Assembly (NCBI GenBank): GCA_963716395.1
Contig: OY970309.1
Location: 2,912,001-2,976,000 of the forward strand
Reading direction: 5' to 3'
DNA length: 64,000 nt
Source: an uncultured Fibrobacteria bacterium
Lineage (GTDB): Bacteria; Fibrobacterota; Fibrobacteria; UBA11236
Shown: positions 28,496-37,036 of the stretch, piece by piece
Position numbering within the stretch: position 1 is the stretch's first letter
Layout: each line of letters begins with the position of its first letter
Position numbers and translations under genes: made by a program
Notes under the pieces: model-generated
The model's input: only the letters and a program-made list of their open reading frames with translations
Told to the model about the DNA's origin: nothing
The model's database searches: none

Positions 28496-29148
28496 TTCCG
28501 CACGTCGGCGGCGGTGACGGATTGCAGATTCGGCACCACGCGATCGGCCGCGGCCAGTTCCCCGGCGGGATGGGTGCCGGCCACACCGACGGCATGCATG
28601 CCCGCGCGCTTGGCCGCAGCGAGGCCGGCCGGCGCGTCCTCGAACACCACGCAGCATTCGGGCGGGGTGTGCAGCGCCTCGGCGGCGCGCAGAAACACCT
28701 GGGGATCGGGTTTGCCGCGATCCACGTCTTCGGCCGCGACCAGCGCGTCGAAGTCCGACTCAAGATGCAGCAGGCGCAGGCAGGTGGTGATATTGAGGCG
28801 ATGGGTGGAAGAGGCGATGGCGCGGGGCACACCCTGGGCGCGCAGCCGGGCTACGAATTCGCGGGCGCCGGGCAAAACGCAAATGCCCTGACGGGCGACC
28901 AATTCGCGAAAGAGTTCCTCTTTGCGCAATGACAACCGCTCCATTTCGCGCGGGTCGCGCGTCCATCCCAGCAAATCAGCGATGATGGCTTCGTTTTTCA
29001 TGCCGAAGCCGCGCTTGAAATGCCCGGCGGGCAGAGCCCGTCCGCCTTCGGCCGCGAGCAATTCCCAACTGGCTTCGTGCTGGCGCGAAGAGTCGACCAG
29101 GACACCGTCCCAATCGAAAATGACGGCGGGCGACAGCGAGGCGATCAT
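28480..29148 (-). CDS. HAD-family phosphatase (beta-PGM-like)
   Basis: FDWDGVLVDS, GKPDP, VFEDA. Confidence 0.9.
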   Translation of the reverse strand: MIASLSPAVIFDWDGVLVDSSRQHEASWELLAAEGGRALPAGHFKRGFGMKNEAIIADLLGWTRDPREMERLSLRKEELFRELVARQGICVLPGAREFVARLRAQGVPRAIASSTHRLNITTCLRLLHLESDFDALVAAEDVDRGKPDPQVFLRAAEALHTPPECCVVFEDAPAGLAAAKRAGMHAVGVAGTHPAGELAAADRVVPNLQSVTAADVRNWART

Positions 29149-29211
29149 GCACATCCGGGGGGTGAAGTGGCAGCGCGAATGGTAAAAAAGCGCACCGCGA
29201 TTTTCGTGTGC

Positions 29212-29433
29212 TTACGGGGACGATCCATCTTCCGGCCAGTGAAAATACAAGCAAACCGACTCCATCAGGGCATCGGTTTCCGCGCGCACGAAAATCCAAC
29301 CCTCATGCCAGCGTTTCTCGGCTTCGGTATGGATGACTTCGGCCAACTGCGCCGGCTCCCAATCGGAAGGCAGGGGAATCCAGGAAACGCGCTCGCGGCC
29401 CACGCCGCAATCATACCACCTCGGTGGCATCAC
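29212..29433 (-). CDS. Small hypothetical protein
   Basis: Protein-like sequence (EGWIFVRAETDALMESVCLYF), co-oriented upstream of the HAD gene. Confidence 0.5.
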   Translation of the reverse strand: MMPPRWYDCGVGRERVSWIPLPSDWEPAQLAEVIHTEAEKRWHEGWIFVRAETDALMESVCLYFHWPEDGSSP

Positions 29434-29519
29434 TCTGTGCGCTTTCGGAACGCGCCGGAAATCACGATGCGTCGTCTTAGATTTAAAACGTGCGCTCCCG
29501 GGGATGGTTCCATGGACGG

Positions 29520-31709
29520 ATGCTGGTGTTCTGCTGGGGATGGGCCTGGGGATTGCTGGCGCTGGCGCACGCGGCGGGTTCGGATTCCGCCTCCGATTTG
29601 GAAAACGCCGGCGACTCCGCCACCGACACCGCGGCCGTCGACACGGTTTCAGCTCCCGAAGCGTTGCCGTCGCCTCCCGCGGGGGGCGTCGACACTTCGC
29701 TGCGTTCGCGCGTGCAGGCCGTGTGGCGCGGCGCCTTAGTCGAATTTCACGCCGGCCATTACGCCGCCGCCGCCCGCCGTGTGCGCGCCGCCGAGGCGCC
29801 CGAGCCGCTGGCCTTGATCTACCGTGCTTCGTTTTTCGCCGAAGCCTCTTTGCGTGCCGGGTTGCGCCGTCAGGCCGACAGCGCCGTGGCCGCGGCGTTA
29901 CCCTCGGCGCCGGGCCGCGCCTGGCAGCGCTATTTCTACCGCCTGCGCCTGGCGGCGTTTCCCTTTGATTCCGCCGCGCCGCCGGCGCTCAAGCAATTCT
30001 GCCTGCAGGCTTTGGCCGCTCCGTTGGAATCTCCCGTCAAAACCGAATTACTCTATCGCCTGTTGCACCTCGATTCCACGGCGCTTCCCGACTCCGAGCG
30101 CCGCGAGGCCCTGCGGCAATTGATCCGCGTGGCGCCCCGCGACGCGCGCCTCGACAGTCTCTACCGGTTGCGGGCCGCGCGCTTTCCGCCGGGGCATGGC
30201 GATTGGGACGAGCAGAAATTGCTGTTGGCCTGGGAGGAGAAACTGGGACGGGCGGCCGATGCGCTGGCGCGCGCCCAAGCCCTGCTGCCTTCGGCGCCGG
30301 GTGCGTCGGAGCGGCAATGGCTGCTGTGGAGCACCGCGCGCTTCGAGGTGGAAAAAGGCGCCGATTCCGCCGCCGTGCAAACCTATCGGGAGTACCGGAA
30401 AAGTTACGGCGATTCGCCCAACCTGCTGTTGCAGTTGGCCCGGACCTACCGCAACCTGTCGGATTCCTCGGAATCGCGTTTTTGGTACGACGCCTTTGCC
30501 GAGAAATATCCGCATTCTCCCACCACGGCGGACATCCATTGGATGCATGCCTTTGAGGCCGAAATGGCCGGCCGCATTCCCGAAGCCGTGGCGGAATATT
30601 CCTTTCTCTCCAGCCTGTATCCGCATACCCGCCAGGGCGAATGGGCCGAGTTTCGCATCGGGTGGTTGTATTACAAACAAAGCGACTATGCCGCGGCGCG
30701 CCAATATTTCCAATCAACTCTGGCCCTGGATTCCTCTTCGGCCGCCGGTCAGGCTGCGGCGTTCTGGGATGCGCGCACCTGCGACGCGCTGCGCGATACC
30801 GCCGTGGGCCGGGCCAAGCGCCGGAGCTTGTGCGCGCGCTACCCCTTCGGATTCTACGGACACGTGGCCACCTTCGATCTGCAATCCCGCCACGCCTTGC
30901 CCGACAGCCTAAGTTGGGCCCGGCGCTTCGCTTCCGGGGATTCCGCTGCGGTCAAAACCTGGATGCGGCAAATTCCGGGATTTCAAGACACCACGGTGTT
31001 TCCCCAGGAAAGCGAATACCTGCCTTTGGCGCAGTTGTTCGCGTGGCATCTCGACACTTTAATATCGCTGACCGTGCGCAGCCTTTCCGACGCCGACTGC
31101 GCCAATCCCTGGGCCGTGTACCGGGCGGCGCGCCGCTGCCAAGACGGCGGACTGTGGCGCGAGGCCAATGTATTGCGCCAGCATCTGGCTGCCCGCATTC
31201 CGCTGGAACTGTGGGGCGGGGCTCCCAAACCCGTACTGCGCGTGCTGTATCCGCCCGCCTACGGCACGATAGTGCATCGCGCCGCGGCGCATGCCGCCCT
31301 GCCGGCGGCCTTGGTCTTCGCGCTGATGAAACAGGAAAGCGGCTTCAACCCCCTGGCCGTCTCCTCGGCCGGGGCGCGGGGATTGATGCAGATGATGCCC
31401 GTCACGGCGGCGTTGCAAGCCAAGCATTTGGACTGGAGCCGCTTCGACGCCGACACCCTGTTTCAGCCGGAGGCCAATATCACCCTCGGGGTCGCTTATC
31501 TCGCCGGCGTGGTCCAGCGCTATGGCGGCAATCTTTATTTCGCGCTGGCGCATTACAATGCCGGGGCCGCGGCTTTGTCCGATTGGATGCCGCGCCTGGC
31601 CGGCCGCCCGGCCGAGAACATGGTGGAAGATTTGGACTATACCGAAACGCGCGAATATGTGAAACGGGTGCTGGCCAATTTCTGGACCTACCAGGCGCTG
31701 AACGAGTAA
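29520..31709 (+). CDS. slt: Soluble lytic transglycosylase with TPR/superhelical N-terminus
   Basis: MKQESGF, SSAGARGLMQMM, NITLG..YL, HYNAG, ETREYVKRV. Confidence 0.92.
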   Translation: MLVFCWGWAWGLLALAHAAGSDSASDLENAGDSATDTAAVDTVSAPEALPSPPAGGVDTSLRSRVQAVWRGALVEFHAGHYAAAARRVRAAEAPEPLALIYRASFFAEASLRAGLRRQADSAVAAALPSAPGRAWQRYFYRLRLAAFPFDSAAPPALKQFCLQALAAPLESPVKTELLYRLLHLDSTALPDSERREALRQLIRVAPRDARLDSLYRLRAARFPPGHGDWDEQKLLLAWEEKLGRAADALARAQALLPSAPGASERQWLLWSTARFEVEKGADSAAVQTYREYRKSYGDSPNLLLQLARTYRNLSDSSESRFWYDAFAEKYPHSPTTADIHWMHAFEAEMAGRIPEAVAEYSFLSSLYPHTRQGEWAEFRIGWLYYKQSDYAAARQYFQSTLALDSSSAAGQAAAFWDARTCDALRDTAVGRAKRRSLCARYPFGFYGHVATFDLQSRHALPDSLSWARRFASGDSAAVKTWMRQIPGFQDTTVFPQESEYLPLAQLFAWHLDTLISLTVRSLSDADCANPWAVYRAARRCQDGGLWREANVLRQHLAARIPLELWGGAPKPVLRVLYPPAYGTIVHRAAAHAALPAALVFALMKQESGFNPLAVSSAGARGLMQMMPVTAALQAKHLDWSRFDADTLFQPEANITLGVAYLAGVVQRYGGNLYFALAHYNAGAAALSDWMPRLAGRPAENMVEDLDYTETREYVKRVLANFWTYQALNE

Positions 31710-31751
31710 CCCCCGCTTGCTAGTTTGTTCAGTTCTCTAGGGGGCGGGCGC

Positions 31752-32432
31752 ATGCGGGCGTCAGGCAAGACGAAAATCGCGATGGTGTTCTCGCTCGCCG
31801 CCTGGCTTCCGGCCGGCGCGGGTACCGGCTGTTTTCCGCTGGCGCGGCTCAAATACGGCGGCGGGGGAGACTGGTACGCCGGGACCACCATGCTGCCCAA
31901 TCTGGCCCAAAGCCTGCGCTCGGATCTCGGCCTCAATGTGTGTCCCGAAGAGCGTACGGTCGATTTGCTGTCGAGCAACCTGTACGAAACGCCGGTGCTG
32001 TTCATGACGGGGCACGGCCGCGTCGCATTCACCGAGGAAGAGCGCCGCGTGCTGCGCGAGTTTTTGCGCCGCGGCGGCCTGTTGTTCGCCGACGACAATT
32101 ACGGCTTGGCCGAGTCGTTCCGCATCGAGATGAAGGCCTTGTTCCCCCACCGGCCTTTGCGCGTGATTCCCATCACGAATCCAATATTCAATAGCCATTA
32201 CCATTTTCCCAAGGGGTTGCCCAAAATCCATTACCATGACGGCCTGCCCGCCACGGCGTACGGCATCGAGATGGGCGGGCGCATCGTCGTGCTTTTTACC
32301 TACCAATGCGATTTGGGCAACGGCTGGGAAGATCACGAAGTGTATAACGACCCGCTGCCCTTGCATGAAGCGGCGTTGCGCATGGGCGTGAATGTCTTCG
32401 CCTGGTTTTTCGCCGGCGCGAGGGCGCGGTGA
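31752..32432 (+). CDS. DUF4159 domain protein
   Basis: LKYGGGGDWY, LFMTGHG, GGLLFADDNYG, GLPKIH.HDG, DLGNGWED, MGVN. Confidence 0.88.
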   Translation: MRASGKTKIAMVFSLAAWLPAGAGTGCFPLARLKYGGGGDWYAGTTMLPNLAQSLRSDLGLNVCPEERTVDLLSSNLYETPVLFMTGHGRVAFTEEERRVLREFLRRGGLLFADDNYGLAESFRIEMKALFPHRPLRVIPITNPIFNSHYHFPKGLPKIHYHDGLPATAYGIEMGGRIVVLFTYQCDLGNGWEDHEVYNDPLPLHEAALRMGVNVFAWFFAGARAR

Positions 32433-35400
32433 GCCGGCCCCTGCCTAGTTCCAGCCGCATGCGTTGGCCCGTGCTGGCGGGCTTGCAGGCGCGATTGTTC
32501 GCGGAGCGGCGCCGGCGTGTGGTTGCGGCCGGCGTTCGCGGGACGGTGGCAGCGCTGTCGTTGCAGGTGATCCTTTTGCCACTGCTGGCCTGGGCCTCGG
32601 CCGACCATCCCTATCAGATCGTGTGGATTCGGGCCTTGCAGGCGACCTTTCTGTTGTACCTCGCGGCGCCGGCGGCCGTGCTGGCCGCGTGGCGGCGCGG
32701 CCAATTGGGCTTGCGGCGCGCGGCTGAAGATTTGGATGGTGCGGGCGGGCCCGATCGCTTTCGCACCTTGCTGTCGCTCGACAACCATGGCCCCGAAACC
32801 CTGGACGCGCTCAACGCCTTTTATGCCCAGGTCGGCGGCGAAGCCTCGCTGCGCGCGGCGTCTCCCTTCGGCCCCTTTCCCTGGGCGCGGTTGGTGCTGT
32901 GTCTGGCTGCGGGCGCGTTGCTGCCGCTGGCCTCGGGGCATTACGCCGCCACTGTCTCCCGCATGCTGTTTCCGGTCGCGACCTGGAACCGGCGCCCGGT
33001 GCCGCGCTTGCAACCAATCGCCTTGCCCCACCGCATCGGACTGGGAGACACCTTGCGGTTACGGCTGCGCGTGACGCGACTGCCGGCCGATGAACCCGTC
33101 TACGCGGTGATCCGCGATGCGCGGCAAGAAATCCGCTATCCGCTGGAGCGACGGGGCGACACGGCCCGGCTGTTGCCAGGGCCCGTGTCAGGCGATCTTA
33201 CCGTGCGCTTCGAGGCCCGGGGCGCGGAAACGCCGGAGTGGACGGTGTACGCGGTGCCCCCGCCGCAACCCGATTCCTTCGGCGCCGTAATCCGGTCGCC
33301 GGCATACACGCATTTGCCGCCCGAAACCCTGTCACAGGTTCCGGCCACCCAGGCCGTTTTGCCGGGCAGCGAAGTGGCCTGGGGGATGCACACCTCGGAA
33401 CCGTTGTACCGGCTCATCGCCGTGATCCAAACCGCCGCGGCGCCGCCCGAAACCTTGCAATTGGGAGCGGGAAGTGCGTTTCATTTCGCACGGGAAATCC
33501 GCGCGCCCGCGGCGTTGTGGTTGCGACTGCAAGCCGTGCAGGGCGGCGATACGATCACCGGGCGGGCCGGCCCTTACCGAATCGAGCTTTCCGCCGACGC
33601 GCCGCCTGAAATCGCCCTAGTCGAACCCGACTCGGATCAAGCCTTGGGCCGGGCGCTCAAATTGCCGGTGCTGTTCCGCGCGCGCGACGATTACGGCCTG
33701 GTGCGCGTGCGCTTGTGCTATGCGGTGTTCGGCGACGGGCTGAAATCGCAGGGTCGCAAAGACATCACTTCGTGGTGGCGGGCCGCCAGTGGTCTGGGCG
33801 GCGGCGTCTGGGATCTGGGCGGGTTGGAATTGTATCCGGGCAACGTCGTCGAGATGCATCTCGAAGCCACCGACAACGATGCCTTGGATCCGCATACCGC
33901 GCGTTCGCAAACCGTGCGGTTGCGCTTGCCGTCGATGGAAGAAGTGGTGACCCAGTTGGAGTCCAATGAGCGGAACGCGGCCACCAGCGTGCGCAGCGCC
34001 GAAGAACGCGCACAAGCTTTGCGCCGCGAATGGGACGAGTCGGGCCGGCCGGCTCCCGCGCCCGGTCCGCCGCTGCCGGGGGAATGGGACGTGGAACGCG
34101 TGCTCAGCCTGGAGCCGCGGCAAAGCGCGCAGCAAGTGCAAAGTTTTCTCGCCGACGCGCAACCGGGAAAAAGTGCCCGGCCGGGAGAAGCCCGGCGCGC
34201 GGCGCAGCGCGCGGCTTCGGCCCTGCAGCGGCAGGTGCCGGCTCCCGGCGTCAGTCGCCTGCCTCTGCAAGATCAGAAACGCATTCTCGACACCCTGCTG
34301 CGCGCTCAGGAAAATCTGACGCGCGCGTTTTCCACCTTGCCGCCCGCGCCGCCAAAGGCACCGCAAGCGGGATTGCTCCAGGCCCAGCGCGCTGCGCTGC
34401 AGGAGCAGCTCCACCGCCAACTCCAGGAACAAAAGGATTTGCGCGCCTGGATGCAGGATCAGCAGCGGGTGGCGGCCGAGCGCGCGCAGCGCTTACAGCA
34501 AGCGGAACAGGATCAGGCCCGGGTGCAGGCAGACATGCGCCAGGCCCTGGAACAAATGCAAAAGACCATGCAGAAGGCGGCCCAGAACGGCGTGTTGACG
34601 CCGGAGGTCATGGAGAAAATGCAGCGCGTGCGCGAATTGCTGCAAGGGCTGATGCCCGACAGCTTGATGCAAAATCAGCCAGCGGCTACGGGAAAGTTGG
34701 ATTTGGACGCGGTGCGCAAAAATCTCGACGACATGCTGAACCACGGCGACGCCTTGCGCGCCGGTTTGGATCAGGCGCTGCACATGCTCGAAATGCTGCA
34801 CGGACTGCGCGATTTGCAAAACTTTTCCCAAACCCTGCGTGGCCTCGAAGCCGGGCAAAAAGATTTGCAAGCGAAACTTTCCCACGGTACTAACGCGGAT
34901 TCCGCAGCCGCGTCGCAAGCCGCCTTGCGGCGGAAATTGGAGCAGACCTTGCAGTCCCTGGACAGTCTGGCCGCGCGCCAAGCCGCCTTTCGCCCTTTGC
35001 AGAAGCAAAGCCAGGGTCGCGCCGCGGCCGGTCAGATGCGGGCGGCCGAAAAGCAAATGCGCAGCGGGGCGAAAAATGCGGCGGCGCAAAGCGCGGCCCA
35101 GGCCGCGCAAAGTCTGGGTCAAGCCGCACAGCAACTCGATGCGTTCATGCAGCAATTCCAAGGCGGTCCCAGTGCCGACGAAATCGCAGCCGTGGTCGAG
35201 GAAACCCTCGAATTGACGCGCTGGATCGAGGTCGTGCGCAATCCCGCGTTTCGAAAGACCGCCGGATGGGTCGAAGGGGATTCGGCGTTGTTCCAGCGCG
35301 TTTCCGAAACGGCGCGATGGCTGCGCGGCAAAATGGACAAACTGGCCGCGCGGCAGCCTTATGCCGCCGATGAATTGACGGCGCAGGCCTCGGCCCTGGG

Positions 35401-36199
35401 ATTTTTTGCCCAAGCTTTGGCGCAAGACTATTCCGTAGATGAAGTCGATAGCGTGCAATATCATGCGCGTCTGGCCGCGCGCGAATTGCTGAAGTGGATG
35501 GATCGCGCCGAGCATCCGCCGACCGGAGGGAGCGGTGGGGGAATGGGATTACCCCAGGCCGGCGGTTCGCAACCGGGTGGCGGCCTCGACGCATTGGCAG
35601 GAAGGCTGAAGGGAATTTCGGGCCGGCAAATGGCGGTAAACGATGCCACGCAGCAATTGCTGCAGGCTTTCATGCAGGGCCGCCAACCCGGCGGCGGATC
35701 CGCAGGCGGCGGCGAAAGCGAAGGCGAGGGCGGGGAGGGAAATTCCCAGGATGGCGGCGGCGGAAAGCCGGGGGCTGCGGGCGGAGCGGCGCAAGCGCAG
35801 CAGGCCGTGGGCGAATCACTGGAAGACCTGGCCGAATCCGAAAGCGATGCCGGCGGTGCGGCGCGCAAGCTGCGCGCACTGGCGCAGGAAGCCCGCGACT
35901 TGGAAAACGATTTGCGTTCCGGTCGGCTTTCGGCCCAGGAGATCCGGCAACGGCAGGATCGCTTTCAAACCCGGCTCTTGCAAGCCGCCAACGCCCTGGA
36001 GGTGCGGGGAGAAGATCGCCGGCGCCAGGCCGAGGCGTATCGCGGCCAAGCCTTGTCGCCGTTGCCCGCCGATTCGACGCCGGGGCGCGACTGGATGCGC
36101 GAATTGCGCCGCCGACGTGACGCCGCTCGCGACTTGGCGCTGTCGCCTGAACAAAGAAGTTACCTCGAATGGTATTATGATCACCTGTTAGCGCAATGA
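32429..36199 (+). CDS. Large membrane-anchored coiled-coil protein (DUF4175-like)
   Basis: N-terminal TMs, Ig-like segments (PAYTHLP, DAPPEI, ARDDYGL, EATDND), long Gln-rich coiled coil, Gly-rich linker. Confidence 0.75.
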   Translation: MSRPLPSSSRMRWPVLAGLQARLFAERRRRVVAAGVRGTVAALSLQVILLPLLAWASADHPYQIVWIRALQATFLLYLAAPAAVLAAWRRGQLGLRRAAEDLDGAGGPDRFRTLLSLDNHGPETLDALNAFYAQVGGEASLRAASPFGPFPWARLVLCLAAGALLPLASGHYAATVSRMLFPVATWNRRPVPRLQPIALPHRIGLGDTLRLRLRVTRLPADEPVYAVIRDARQEIRYPLERRGDTARLLPGPVSGDLTVRFEARGAETPEWTVYAVPPPQPDSFGAVIRSPAYTHLPPETLSQVPATQAVLPGSEVAWGMHTSEPLYRLIAVIQTAAAPPETLQLGAGSAFHFAREIRAPAALWLRLQAVQGGDTITGRAGPYRIELSADAPPEIALVEPDSDQALGRALKLPVLFRARDDYGLVRVRLCYAVFGDGLKSQGRKDITSWWRAASGLGGGVWDLGGLELYPGNVVEMHLEATDNDALDPHTARSQTVRLRLPSMEEVVTQLESNERNAATSVRSAEERAQALRREWDESGRPAPAPGPPLPGEWDVERVLSLEPRQSAQQVQSFLADAQPGKSARPGEARRAAQRAASALQRQVPAPGVSRLPLQDQKRILDTLLRAQENLTRAFSTLPPAPPKAPQAGLLQAQRAALQEQLHRQLQEQKDLRAWMQDQQRVAAERAQRLQQAEQDQARVQADMRQALEQMQKTMQKAAQNGVLTPEVMEKMQRVRELLQGLMPDSLMQNQPAATGKLDLDAVRKNLDDMLNHGDALRAGLDQALHMLEMLHGLRDLQNFSQTLRGLEAGQKDLQAKLSHGTNADSAAASQAALRRKLEQTLQSLDSLAARQAAFRPLQKQSQGRAAAGQMRAAEKQMRSGAKNAAAQSAAQAAQSLGQAAQQLDAFMQQFQGGPSADEIAAVVEETLELTRWIEVVRNPAFRKTAGWVEGDSALFQRVSETARWLRGKMDKLAARQPYAADELTAQASALGFFAQALAQDYSVDEVDSVQYHARLAARELLKWMDRAEHPPTGGSGGGMGLPQAGGSQPGGGLDALAGRLKGISGRQMAVNDATQQLLQAFMQGRQPGGGSAGGGESEGEGGEGNSQDGGGGKPGAAGGAAQAQQAVGESLEDLAESESDAGGAARKLRALAQEARDLENDLRSGRLSAQEIRQRQDRFQTRLLQAANALEVRGEDRRRQAEAYRGQALSPLPADSTPGRDWMRELRRRRDAARDLALSPEQRSYLEWYYDHLLAQ

Positions 36200-36999
36200 G
36201 ATCAGGTATGCGGGCAATGACGGCGGTAGACGACGGCGTACTATGGTTGGGCCGCAAGGTGTTGCGCGCCTTCGGCCAAACCGGCCTGTTTCTGCGCTTC
36301 ACCTGGGAATTGTTCTGGAACCTGCCGCGCGTGTTCCGCAACTTCCACCTGACGGTCGAGCAGATGTACCTGATGGGCATCACCTCCATCCCGCTGGTGG
36401 GGTTGACCTCGGTATTTTCCGGCGCCGTGGCCGCCTGGCAGGCGGCCTACAACTTTGCGGGCTACGTCCCTCTGAGTTATGTAGGTACGGCCGTGGGCAA
36501 ATCCGTGATGCTGGAAGTGGGACCGGTACTGACGGCCATCGTGGTCACGGGGCGGGTGGGGGCGGCCATGACTGCCGAACTCGGAACCATGGCGGTCACC
36601 GAACAGCTCGACGCCATGCGCTGCCTCGACCTTAACCCGTTTCGCTTTCTGCTTGCGCCCCGGCTGTTGGCCGGCATGATTATGCTGCCGTTGCTCACGA
36701 TCTTTTCCACCTTTGTGGCCATCGTGGGGGCTCTGGTCGTGGTCATGGTGTTCAAGGGGTTGTCGGCCGCGGCGTTTTTCTCCGGGGTGCGTCTGTTCTA
36801 TACCGATTGGGATCTGTTCATCGGCCTGCTCAAGGCCTTCGTCTTCGGAATCTGGATCGCCTTGTTCGGCTGCTTTTTCGGCTACCACAGCACGCAGGGC
36901 GCCGAAGGGGTGGGGCGCTCCACCATGGCCGCGGTGGTGGCTTCGAACGTGGCGGTGCTCGTCAGCGGATTTTTGCTGTCTAGCTTTCTCCTGAAATGA
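36196..36999 (+). CDS. mlaE: MlaE-family ABC permease
   Basis: EVGPVLTAIVVTGRVGAAMTAELGTM.VTEQLDAM, GAEGVG.ST. Confidence 0.93.
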   Translation: MRSGMRAMTAVDDGVLWLGRKVLRAFGQTGLFLRFTWELFWNLPRVFRNFHLTVEQMYLMGITSIPLVGLTSVFSGAVAAWQAAYNFAGYVPLSYVGTAVGKSVMLEVGPVLTAIVVTGRVGAAMTAELGTMAVTEQLDAMRCLDLNPFRFLLAPRLLAGMIMLPLLTIFSTFVAIVGALVVVMVFKGLSAAAFFSGVRLFYTDWDLFIGLLKAFVFGIWIALFGCFFGYHSTQGAEGVGRSTMAAVVASNVAVLVSGFLLSSFLLK

Positions 37000-37036
37000 T
37001 CCCATCCGCAGCGCGGCCGCGCAGTCCGAAAGCACT

